16,925 nucleotides of DNA from a virus (lineage: Duplodnaviria > Heunggongvirae > Uroviricota > Caudoviricetes), in IMG/VR virus record IMGVR_UViG_2728369187_000001; one strand, 5' to 3'. This document shows positions 8,433-15,880 of this stretch, piece by piece. Positions within the stretch are counted from its first letter, which is position 1. Every line of letters begins with the position of its first letter. A program made the translations under genes and the position numbers. The notes beneath the pieces are model-generated. The model saw only the letters and a program-made list of their open reading frames with translations, did no database searches and was not told the DNA's origin.

Positions 8433-9131
8433 TCACTGCGAAAGTTTGTTAATGGAAAGGAAGCCGCCAAAGTTGCCGACGTTATTGCGAAACTTACAGC
8501 CACTCAGGCATTTGCTGCATTTATCCTTCGTGATATCGGACGTTGGCTGGTCATATTCATCCGCGACAGCTGGACCGTGATAACCGCACTCATCACCGCG
8601 ATAGGTCCAGGTGCAGGTGTTGGCCAGCATGATACGTCCCGGAAAAACAGCGCCGTCCGTTTCCGTCGGCGTGGACAGTACAAAGGAGGCACTCACCGCG
8701 CTCAGTTCGCTGCACTGCTCGATGCGCCAGCGGCTGATCACCTCCTGCTCCGGATCGGCGTCTCTGTTTCCGTTGACGAAGTTCACCGCATCCAGAAAAC
8801 GGGCGTAAACCTTACGCCGGACCACCGTTCCGCCGACCAGACTCTGCAGATCTTCCGCCATCCCGGTGACCATGCCGTACAGATTAGAGACTTTCAGCGT
8901 TGGCCTTGCACTGGCTCCTTTGCCGTTCATCTCAAATCCGCTTCCCTGAATGGGATAGGCCTGATACTGCCGCCCCTGCCAGGTGACTGGTTCACCTTTT
9001 TCGTTCTGCTCATTACAGAAGAAATAACGATCTCCGCCGACCTCTGTCAGATCAATTTCCCAGAGCACGACCAGCGCGGATTGCTCCGTTTTAGTGCACT
9101 CATTGAGTGTTTCCTGCTGTATATCCTGCAT
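8433..9131 (-). CDS. L: Minor tail protein L (tail tip)
   Basis: Track ORF 8433..9131, 232 aa: MQDIQQETLNECTKTEQSALVVLWEIDLTEVGGDRYFFCNEQNEKGEPVTWQGRQYQAYPIQGSGFEMNGKG..., near-identical to lambda gpL by recollection. Its ATG overlaps the M stop. Confidence 0.9.
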   Translation of the reverse strand: MQDIQQETLNECTKTEQSALVVLWEIDLTEVGGDRYFFCNEQNEKGEPVTWQGRQYQAYPIQGSGFEMNGKGASARPTLKVSNLYGMVTGMAEDLQSLVGGTVVRRKVYARFLDAVNFVNGNRDADPEQEVISRWRIEQCSELSAVSASFVLSTPTETDGAVFPGRIMLANTCTWTYRGDECGYHGPAVADEYDQPTSDITKDKCSKCLSGCKFRNNVGNFGGFLSINKLSQ

Positions 9132-9487
9132 CAGTGAGTGACCTCTTCAAAGGTACAGTTAAAATCGGTATACATGGCATTATCCGAAATGCTCCACTCC
9201 CTGCAGACAACCCGGACAGTCCTGTTGTGTTTTGGCGGACGCCACAAAAAAGCACGAATCCCGGCATGACGGGATAAAAAACTGTCCAGCGCGGCACGGG
9301 AATATTCATCTGTGACACGAAATACCGGTTTAAACGTTTTCAGATCCGCATTCAGACCACCAGCCCGTCGCTGTTCATATCCGTCACCAAACTTTACCGT
9401 AATAACTGATGGCTTTCGTGTCGTCTCCATCCCCTCACGGGGGATCCAGTTAAAAACTTCAGGCTCAGGCACTGTACAATCCTCCAT
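9131..9487 (-). CDS. M: Minor tail protein M
   Basis: Track ORF 9131..9517. The segment WIPREGMETTRKPSVITVKFGDGYEQRRAGGLNADLKTFKPV aligns with lambda gpM (W.V.PGMD...VRFGDGYSQRAPAGLNANLKTY). Start placed at the ATG 9487-9485 (MEDCTV...), 23 nt before the H stop; the start is uncertain and ATGs at 9517 or 9430 are alternatives. Confidence 0.75.
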   Translation of the reverse strand: MEDCTVPEPEVFNWIPREGMETTRKPSVITVKFGDGYEQRRAGGLNADLKTFKPVFRVTDEYSRAALDSFLSRHAGIRAFLWRPPKHNRTVRVVCREWSISDNAMYTDFNCTFEEVTH

Positions 9488-12400
9488 CCCGACGCGATGA
9501 CTGCATAATTGACACAACCCTGCTGTCGATCAGATCCACCAGTCCCCTGGCTGAGCGCGCATCTATCTCGCCATTGCTCCCTTGATTCTGAATGCTGATG
9601 TGATACACGGGAGAATAAACAAATCCACCGCCACCATTCACATTGCCAATGACTCTGACCCCAAGAGAGCCGTCCGCTGCCCGTGTCAGTGGCATGATAG
9701 CTTCAGGCCCGGCCTCGCCCATCAGCCCGGCACCTTTCGCAAAAGCAAAATACGTCGGTGTATCCACAATAGTGTTACTGTAAGCACTCAGATTTGCCGA
9801 TGTGTAAACACCACCTTTTGCGTTTGCCACTGCCCCCGAAATCCATCCGCCGACCGTACCAAGCCCCCCTCCGGCACCGGAGAGTGATTTCAGTCCGTTA
9901 ACAATGGCTGCATTCATCAGAATTTTTGAAACTTCCCGGAGAACTGAACTCCCCCAGTTCCTCCAGTCCACAACATTCCCGGCCAGTGCATCGGAAATAT
10001 TTGATACCAGCCCGTCCATCGTGGAAACGACAGCATCTGCCGCCTGTGAAGCATAATCGGTGGCACTGTCTGCCCAGTTGGTCAGTCCCTCCTGGAGTCC
10101 GGCATTCCAGTTATTACGTAAAGCATCGGCCTTTGCATAATAATCCAGCTGATCGCTGAGACGCTCTTCCAGATATTTTTTATTCAGTTCTTTCTCCTGT
10201 TTCCACAGGGCTTCTTCAATTTCTCCGGCCTGATACTGTCTCAGCAGCTCGTTATTTTTCTGCTCAAACGCCTGCCGGATACTCCACATTTCCTGGAGTC
10301 GTTCACGCATCCGTGAGCCTTCACCATATCCCAGCAACTGCGCTTCGTCAGATGCCCGGGCACTGGCATTACTGTCCGCCAGACTGCTCTCATACGCAGC
10401 AAGCTGCTCACGAATCTTTTTCTGGTCAATGAGTGCTGCATTCTGCAAAAGCGTTTTTTTCTGCGCTTCTGACAGGGTTGATAATTCGCCCTGACTGACC
10501 TGATATTTCATCTTAGCCAGTTCAGTATTCTGCCCTGCCAGTGCTATTTGTTCTTTTTGCTGTTTAATCAGCCGTTTATAAATATCTTCTGTTTTTTCCG
10601 CTTCGGTCTTTTTATGCGCTTTGGGTTTATTTGCCTGATTATTTCGCCAGGCATCCAGTGAGTTATTGATATAATTCTGTCTGGCTGTCTGATACGCCTC
10701 TCCCACAAAGCCGAGATCATCCGCAGCATAACCCAGGCGGGCACGCTCACGGGCTTCCCCCTTCAGGCGGGACAGAGCCAGTTCGCGCTCGCTGTTATTC
10801 AGTGCGGTCTGCTGTTTATCATCCAGGGTTGCCTGTGGTAGCCGTAACGGTACATTCACCAGCCCCTGTCGCTGCTGAAGTAATTCATTACCGAGCCCGA
10901 GAAGGCGATTAAACTCGGTATGCTGCCCATTCATGATCAACAGGGACTGATACGCTTTGTTTTGTTCCGCGGCCTGTTGACGGATCAACGCCACCCGTCG
11001 CTCCTCCAGCCCGGCAAGCACATCCTGAATGGATTGCGCTTTGCCCTGCATTTGTGTGAGACGGGACTGTTCAACTGCCAGTTGATTTGTTGCTTCTGCA
11101 AGCCCTTCTGTGACAGTTTTTACCGACGTCATGTGGTTAATCATAAAACCGTTATCGGTTGTCCAGCCCGGGTTTGCCAGCACATACTGATAGCCAGCAA
11201 TTTTTTCCTGTAAGGATTTAATCTTACTTTTCTGCTCGTCAATTAACCTGTTTTGTTCATCAAGTGCCTGCCGCGTCTTTTCCTCATTATCTGACGCTTC
11301 AGGAAGCGACATTGCCGACGTTTTCTGGCGAATTTCGTCGATTGTTGCGGCATACTGGCGTGCAGATTCTCTGGCCTGCTCCTGATTCTGATACATCGTG
11401 TACCAGGCCGTCGCCCCCAGCATGACGAGTCCCGGCACACCACCAACCACCCCCAGCGCACCACTTAACAGACGACTCCCCACTGACGTGACAGTATTCA
11501 GCGTTGTCTGTGCCGCTGTTCTGGCCGCAATATTACGGGTAAGTGACGCCTGGGCAGCTGTCAGCTTCGCTTCTGCTGCGGCCTGCCTTTCGGTACCGCG
11601 AGCAGCAACAACCGCCTGTTGCGCACGATAAACCGCCGCACGCGCCCTGGCGGTTGCTATCTGTGTCCCCCGAAGTTGCGCTTCAGCAAGAGCCACTTCG
11701 TTTCTGGCTGCAGTAATTAATCCGGCAGTTGCAGATCCAGCAGACGACGCCATATTGCCAAAATATCGGGCTACCCCGACGGCAACCAGTGCGCCAGCTG
11801 CAGCAGCCACGGTATCAATATTGTCTGCAACACCATTCAACACCCCGGTGAGTGTCTTTGTCACTCCGCTTGCCTCGTTCGCACCACCAACCCAGGCCAT
11901 AAAGGCGTTTTCAACTTTGGTTGCAGAGGATGAAACAGTATCAGGCATTGCTGCATATTCATCACGCAACGCCCCAAGCTGACTAATCAGTGCAGGAACA
12001 ACCTTATCGGCGGTCAGTTTTCCGTTATCCGCCATGGCCTTCAGATCCTTACGGGCAACACCCATTCCCGCAGCCAGCGCACGAATAACACGATCGCCGT
12101 TCTCATTCACAGAGTTAAATTCTTCACCGCGCAGCACTCCCTGCGCCAGTGCCTGACTGAACTGCGTGATCACCGAACTGGCTTCTGCTGTACTGGCACC
12201 GGATAATTTCAGGCCCGTGGAGATCGCCTCGGTGACTTTCAGTACCTCCTCAGAACTGTAGCCATACTCCCGCATGGAAGCTGCAGAGCGGGCAAAAAGG
12301 CTGGCGTTATCAGAAAACGCCGTTCCCGTTCTCTGGCTGATTGCCATTAATTCACGTTGTGATACCTGAAAATCATCACTGGACTGTGAAGCCTGCTTCA

Positions 12401-12698
12401 GACGGGCATTTACTGAATTCCACTCATCGGCGAGAGAAATAAGATGACCGGTAGCAAAAGCTCCGGCAAATGCCCCCGCCATATTCAGTGCCGAAGATTT
12501 AGCTGTATTTATCTGATCCGTCACTTCTGCCAGTGCACGCCGCATTTCACGGGATGCAGCAGCGGACTGCCGGCCTCCGTTCTGCATGGTACGGTAGTAA
12601 TCCTGCCCCATACGCGAAGCCCGGGAGATCTCTGACTGGAATGACCGGGAATTTGCCGAGATTTTAATAATCAGTTCACGTAATGTCGCCACACTCAT
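9465..12698 (-). CDS. H: Tail tape measure protein (lambda-H-like C-terminus), 1077 aa
   Basis: Track ORF 9465..12698. Long Ala/Gln/Leu/Glu-rich, coiled-coil-like composition; C-terminal ...GGVYTSANLSAYSNTIVDTPTYFAFAKGAGLMGEAGPEAIMPLTRAADGSLGV resembles the conserved lambda gpH C-terminal block. Lies between the G/T chaperones and M. Confidence 0.9.
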   Translation of the reverse strand: MSVATLRELIIKISANSRSFQSEISRASRMGQDYYRTMQNGGRQSAAASREMRRALAEVTDQINTAKSSALNMAGAFAGAFATGHLISLADEWNSVNARLKQASQSSDDFQVSQRELMAISQRTGTAFSDNASLFARSAASMREYGYSSEEVLKVTEAISTGLKLSGASTAEASSVITQFSQALAQGVLRGEEFNSVNENGDRVIRALAAGMGVARKDLKAMADNGKLTADKVVPALISQLGALRDEYAAMPDTVSSSATKVENAFMAWVGGANEASGVTKTLTGVLNGVADNIDTVAAAAGALVAVGVARYFGNMASSAGSATAGLITAARNEVALAEAQLRGTQIATARARAAVYRAQQAVVAARGTERQAAAEAKLTAAQASLTRNIAARTAAQTTLNTVTSVGSRLLSGALGVVGGVPGLVMLGATAWYTMYQNQEQARESARQYAATIDEIRQKTSAMSLPEASDNEEKTRQALDEQNRLIDEQKSKIKSLQEKIAGYQYVLANPGWTTDNGFMINHMTSVKTVTEGLAEATNQLAVEQSRLTQMQGKAQSIQDVLAGLEERRVALIRQQAAEQNKAYQSLLIMNGQHTEFNRLLGLGNELLQQRQGLVNVPLRLPQATLDDKQQTALNNSERELALSRLKGEARERARLGYAADDLGFVGEAYQTARQNYINNSLDAWRNNQANKPKAHKKTEAEKTEDIYKRLIKQQKEQIALAGQNTELAKMKYQVSQGELSTLSEAQKKTLLQNAALIDQKKIREQLAAYESSLADSNASARASDEAQLLGYGEGSRMRERLQEMWSIRQAFEQKNNELLRQYQAGEIEEALWKQEKELNKKYLEERLSDQLDYYAKADALRNNWNAGLQEGLTNWADSATDYASQAADAVVSTMDGLVSNISDALAGNVVDWRNWGSSVLREVSKILMNAAIVNGLKSLSGAGGGLGTVGGWISGAVANAKGGVYTSANLSAYSNTIVDTPTYFAFAKGAGLMGEAGPEAIMPLTRAADGSLGVRVIGNVNGGGGFVYSPVYHISIQNQGSNGEIDARSARGLVDLIDSRVVSIMQSSRRDGGLYSA

Positions 12699-12707
12699 TC
12701 TCCGGAC

Positions 12708-12729
12708 GAAAAAAACCGCCGAAGCGGTT
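12708..12729 (-). terminator. Terminator-like hairpin with UUCG tetraloop and 7-U tract between the T frame and H
   Basis: Minus-strand RNA: AACCGC-UUCG-GCGGUU followed by UUUUUC, then GUCCGGAGAAUG (H start). Sits between the T stop (12740-12738) and the H ATG (12698). Confidence 0.4.
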
Positions 12730-12737
12730 ATGTTGAC

Positions 12738-13049
12738 TCACTGAGACACTATTAAAAGCGCGTTTTCCAGTCCGGCAAATGGATCTGAGACGCCTTCTGT
12801 CTGCTCTTGTTCCCACTGAAGAAGCGCATCATTCAGTGGGACTTTGACACCCTGCGCACCGTAAACCGCAGAAACTATCTGGGCAGCCCGGATATCAGCC
12901 CGCTCGTCACCCAGCGGGCTGAACCTGTCAAATTCTGCCCACATCATGATTTCTGATGCGGACATTTCCCGGCGTAACTCTGACAATGTGCGCCCCATCC
13001 TGAGCGCCAGCATCATCAGAAAACGCATCCCCGGAAGCTCTACTTTTTT
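12738..13049 (-). CDS. T: Tail assembly chaperone, T-frame extension; expected to be made only as a G-T fusion by -1 frameshifting
   Basis: Track ORF 12738..13028 (MRFLMMLALRMGRTLSELRREMSASEIMMWAEFDRFSPLGDERADIRAAQIVSAVYGAQ...). The same frame is open upstream to the slippery site (codons AAA AAA GUA GAG CUU CCG GGG AUG) and is the -1 frame relative to G. It shares the conserved G/GT position between major tail and tape measure genes. Confidence 0.7.
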   Translation of the reverse strand, partial: KKVELPGMRFLMMLALRMGRTLSELRREMSASEIMMWAEFDRFSPLGDERADIRAAQIVSAVYGAQGVKVPLNDALLQWEQEQTEGVSDPFAGLENALLIVSQ

Positions 13050-13426
13050 TTAACCTCGCCGGCATCACTGATCAGTTCCAGAGACTGCCGAAGAAGCCGC
13101 GCATGCACCGGGCCATACACGGCAATCACCTGTTCACGATCATCCTCTGAAAATACAGGTTGCAGTCCGGTATCACACAGAACATCAATGAACAGTTCAA
13201 CATCTGCCTCCAGATTTCGGCGGGCGCGCTCCGCAACGGATAACGGTGTCTCATCATCTTTTGCTTTAACGATCTCCTGCCAGCGCAACCAGGCTTCTGC
13301 AGAAGGTTCCCGTAATACAACCGTTGCCCCTTCCCATTCAGGCACATCAACAGTTTTATGGCGAAACCCCGACATCGTTGCCAGTGCCAGATTGCGGATA
13401 TTTTTAGTCATCACATCTATCCTCAT
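13040..13426 (-). CDS. G: Tail assembly chaperone (gpG-like)
   Basis: Track ORF 13040..13426, 128 aa, acidic, ending ...DAGEVKKK-stop. Sits immediately after the major tail gene (TAATG overlap at 13426). A GAGGA precedes an internal ATG at 13411 (MTKNIRN...), which may be the true start. Confidence 0.8.
   Translation of the reverse strand: MRIDVMTKNIRNLALATMSGFRHKTVDVPEWEGATVVLREPSAEAWLRWQEIVKAKDDETPLSVAERARRNLEADVELFIDVLCDTGLQPVFSEDDREQVIAVYGPVHARLLRQSLELISDAGEVKKK
13043..13049 (-). promoter_or_regulatory. Programmed -1 ribosomal frameshift slippery heptamer A_AAA_AAG (G to G-T)
   Basis: Minus-strand mRNA ...GAG GUU AAA AAA AAG UAG; the heptamer A AAA AAG occupies the last three sense codons of G. 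A -1 slip continues into the open T frame (..KK VELPGMRFLMML..). The -1 frame carries a UAA just 5' of the heptamer (13052-13050), so the T frame is only reachable by shifting here. Confidence 0.7.
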
Positions 13427-14130
13427 TAACTGACGGTAACAGTGCAGGAAGTGGAGGTCACCTTGTTAACAGGGCTTGCTGAATCAGAAATCTCGCAGGT
13501 ATACGCACCGGCATCACCTGATGCTGCTGATGCCTTACTGAATGTTGCCGCCGTCTGTCCGGAAACAGGAGAACTACCTTTCTTCCAGACATAAGAATAA
13601 GGCGGCACACCACCGGCAGCCTCAACCACCATTTCGAGTTTCGCTCCGGCAGAAACCTGCAGCGTGCTGTTTAAATCGACCTTCACTTTCAGCGGCTCTG
13701 TCGTCAGCACAGGTTTACCTTTCAGGCGCAGGGAAAACGTTGCAGCCACAACACCATTAGTTCCTACAGACCAGGTATGCTGACGCACCTCTGCCATAAA
13801 GGTAAATCCGTTGCCTGACGGAAAAATAACTTTAAAGCCATACGTGGTGTCATTGTCATAGGCACTGCGCAACGCGTTCTGGGCAGCATTGAGGTAAAAG
13901 TTGCCTGACATGGAAATCTCTGACGCGGCACCAAGGCCGTTAATATTTTCCTGCTCAACAGAACACAGCGTGGTGACATCAATATCCTGCTTTTGTCCTG
14001 CGGTAAACTGCACCTCTTTGATTGTACAGCTCAGGCCAAGATAGCTGGCAGAATCCAGGGTTTCTGCTGTTACCGGTGCAGACGAAATCATAATTTTCGT
14101 CAGTTGCGAACGCTCAAAATTAGAGGACAT
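13426..14130 (-). CDS. Major tail (tube) protein with C-terminal Ig-like (Big_2-type) domain
   Basis: Track ORF 13426..14181. The better start is the ATG at 14130-14128 (MSSNFERSQLTK...), which has an AGGAGA Shine-Dalgarno 7 nt upstream; the track start at 14181 would read through the upstream hairpin. C-terminal ~90 aa (...VKVDLNSTLQVSAGAKLEMVVEAAGGVPPYSYVWKKGSSPVSGQTAATFSKASAASGDAGAYTCEISD...) has Ig-like character. Confidence 0.85.
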   Translation of the reverse strand: MSSNFERSQLTKIMISSAPVTAETLDSASYLGLSCTIKEVQFTAGQKQDIDVTTLCSVEQENINGLGAASEISMSGNFYLNAAQNALRSAYDNDTTYGFKVIFPSGNGFTFMAEVRQHTWSVGTNGVVAATFSLRLKGKPVLTTEPLKVKVDLNSTLQVSAGAKLEMVVEAAGGVPPYSYVWKKGSSPVSGQTAATFSKASAASGDAGAYTCEISDSASPVNKVTSTSCTVTVS

Positions 14131-14141
14131 ACTCGTCTCCT

Positions 14142-14169
14142 GAAAATAAAAAACCCGCCAGCGGCGGGT
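14142..14169 (-). terminator. Terminator-like hairpin immediately upstream of the major tail gene
   Basis: Minus-strand RNA: ACCCGCC-GCU-GGCGGGU followed by UUUUUUAUUUU, then CAGGAGACGAGUAUG (major tail RBS and start). Located between the stop of the tail terminator gene (14190) and the major tail ATG (14130). Confidence 0.45.
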
Positions 14170-14189
14170 GGGTAAAATCATTAACGACC

Positions 14190-14534
14190 TCAGGCTATTA
14201 CCTGAAATTCAAGCGTGGCTCTGCTCAGACGGGAATCAGGATCATAACCCTGAGTTTTAGAAATAACGGAGGGTGCAAGTTGCCTTACCGCATCAAGCGC
14301 CTGCTCACGGATATCATCTGCGTCATCAGGTACTGTTGCCCAGACATCGATCTGCACGGTAATTCTGGATTCAGCCTGACCATCAAGCACATCAGACGCA
14401 GTGTCAGACACCACAGAAAACACCAGCCATGGCGGAGATACCGCAGGCTTTCCCTCCGTCAGCGGGACCACATAAGGATAAACCTGTCCTCCGGCCAGTT
14501 GAGACAGCAGGGAATACAGTGTGGTCTCTCTCAT
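14190..14534 (-). CDS. Tail terminator / tail completion protein (gpU-like position)
   Basis: Track ORF 14190..14534, 114 aa, directly upstream of the major tail gene; 4-nt ATGA overlap with the preceding gene. Function assigned from gene order and size, not from a motif I can name. Confidence 0.65.
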   Translation of the reverse strand: MRETTLYSLLSQLAGGQVYPYVVPLTEGKPAVSPPWLVFSVVSDTASDVLDGQAESRITVQIDVWATVPDDADDIREQALDAVRQLAPSVISKTQGYDPDSRLSRATLEFQVIA

Positions 14535-14980
14535 TTACTTAAGACCTCATCAATAGCCTGATTCATTCGCTGTATGGCAATCTGTGCTGCCAGTTCCTCT
14601 GTCGTATCGAAAGCCGGGCGAATGAACGGATGCGCGGGCATGTTTATCGTTCCCAGCTCCACAAAGCGCCAGTAAAACGCATTTCGGAGATCACTGGCTT
14701 TCATGCTGTTATCACTGTTTCCGGTTCGCAGGTTCCGTCCACGAATGTGGACACCCGAGATAATTTCCCCCCGACGCTTTGAACGCTGAGTGAGAACAAC
14801 CACATTTTTCTTCAGTTTCCCGGTTCGCTCCGGCGCACGTTCAACAACTGCATCCCGCATAACTTCAGCACCGGCACGGGTGGCATCGCGCAGTACCTTA
14901 TTGTTTTCTGCCCTGCTGAGCGTCTCCAGATCCCGTGCAATATCCGCCAGACCTGAAAAATCAAGACTGAAATCCATCAC
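14531..14980 (-). CDS. HK97 gp10-like head-tail joining / tail completion protein
   Basis: Track ORF 14531..14980, 149 aa (MMDFSLDFSGLADIARDLETLSRAENNKVLRDATRAGAEV...FYWRFVELGTINMPAHPFIRPAFD...); resembles the HK97 gp10 family by recollection. Start overlaps the stop of the upstream gene. Confidence 0.7.
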   Translation of the reverse strand: MMDFSLDFSGLADIARDLETLSRAENNKVLRDATRAGAEVMRDAVVERAPERTGKLKKNVVVLTQRSKRRGEIISGVHIRGRNLRTGNSDNSMKASDLRNAFYWRFVELGTINMPAHPFIRPAFDTTEELAAQIAIQRMNQAIDEVLSK

Positions 14981-15315
14981 ACATTCCCCTTCTGAGAACA
15001 GAGTATCTCAAGCCGTGTGGCACGAGCATCCGGTATCGGCGGACCGTCTATACTCAGAATCGCGCCTTTGAATGCACCAGTCAGCACTTTCAGACATGAA
15101 GTTGCTGTTACATCTCGCCGGAATCTCATCCAGACCCTCACTGTAGCCTGAGCAGTTTCTGCGCCTCCGGATATTCTCTCCCTGCCACTGATCCCCTTAA
15201 CTTCTGCCCATATGGTTGCCCCCTCCGTCATTGTTTCCACAGGGTGCCCTGACGGAGACCGAACGGTGGTGGCATTCAGAATAACCACACGATCACGTAA
15301 TCTTCCTGCCTGCAT
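14977..15315 (-). CDS. Head closure / head-tail adaptor protein (SPP1 gp16 / lambda FII-like role)
   Basis: Track ORF 14977..15315, 112 aa, MQAGRLRDRVVILNATTV...; the N-terminal G-R-L-R-x-R-V pattern is typical of the phage head-tail joining family. Position between connector and gp10-like genes. Confidence 0.7.
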   Translation of the reverse strand: MQAGRLRDRVVILNATTVRSPSGHPVETMTEGATIWAEVKGISGRERISGGAETAQATVRVWMRFRRDVTATSCLKVLTGAFKGAILSIDGPPIPDARATRLEILCSQKGNV

Positions 15316-15323
15316 GAATCCTC

Positions 15324-15629
15324 CTATGTTCCGGGATGAAATCGATACATCCGCAGTCCGGTATAGAAAAAATCAGGCACTGCATCCTGCATTTCCCTGT
15401 TCTCGTACCAGTAGCCAACCAGTTGCATAAGACGCAGTTTTATCAGAGGTGTTATTACAAGCCCGGTCGTATCCTGCTCAGAAACAGTTTCATCGTAAAG
15501 CGTCCGGTTTAAAAACTTTTCAGCCTCTTCCCTGGCAGCAGCCAGATACATCATAAGAAGAGAATTCTCCTGTTCATTGTCATCATCAATCCGGCACTGA
15601 ACACGAAGCTCTTCCAGAGTGGGCATCAT
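15324..15629 (-). CDS. gp6-like head-tail connector protein
   Basis: Track ORF 15324..15629, 101 aa: MMPTLEELRVQCRIDDDNEQENSLLMMYLAAAREEAEKFL..., the characteristic N-terminus of the gp6-like connector family. Confidence 0.75.
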   Translation of the reverse strand: MMPTLEELRVQCRIDDDNEQENSLLMMYLAAAREEAEKFLNRTLYDETVSEQDTTGLVITPLIKLRLMQLVGYWYENREMQDAVPDFFYTGLRMYRFHPGT

Positions 15630-15640
15630 TTGGGCAACCT

Positions 15641-15829
15641 CTATGAATGCTGTTTTTTAGACTTATCAGCCCCCCGCGCAACAGGTGTTCTCTTATCAGA
15701 GACAATCCCAGCTGCAGTGGCAATTTCTCGTACCCGTTCGGGTAATTCTTTATCTTCATACTCACCGGCCCGAATAATCTCAACACGCATACCGTCCGGT
15801 GACCATTTCAGATCTTGTTTCAGGATCAT
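15641..15829 (-). CDS. Small hypothetical protein (62 aa) between capsid and connector genes
   Basis: ATG 15829-15827 with AGGTGA Shine-Dalgarno ~7 nt upstream; ends 11 nt before the connector start; Lys-rich C-terminus. No family recognised. Confidence 0.5.
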   Translation of the reverse strand: MILKQDLKWSPDGMRVEIIRAGEYEDKELPERVREIATAAGIVSDKRTPVARGADKSKKQHS

Positions 15830-15850
15830 GATTCTTTCACCTGTCAGAAC

Positions 15851-15874
15851 AGGGGGCGCACTTCTGCGCCCCCT
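15851..15874 (-). promoter_or_regulatory. GC-rich hairpin immediately 3' of the major capsid gene (possible mRNA stabiliser or partial terminator)
   Basis: Plus strand a-gggggcgca-cttc-tgcgccccc-t is a perfect 9-bp inverted repeat with a 4-nt loop, starting 7 nt after the capsid stop (15883-15881). On the minus strand it is followed by GUUCUGACAG, so there is no clean U tract. Confidence 0.5.
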
Positions 15875-15880
15875 GAATGA

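Noticed and set aside
14130-14181. Longer N-terminus (MILPTRRWRVFYFQETS) for the major tail protein as given by the ORF track
   Set aside because: The extension reads through the terminator-like hairpin and lacks an RBS, whereas the ATG at 14130 has an AGGAGA Shine-Dalgarno at ideal spacing.
15586-15786. Overlapping 66-aa minus-strand ORF 15586..15786 and plus-strand ORF 15630..15956
   Set aside because: They overlap the better-supported 62-aa ORF and the connector gene in alternative frames, with no RBS and implausible composition.
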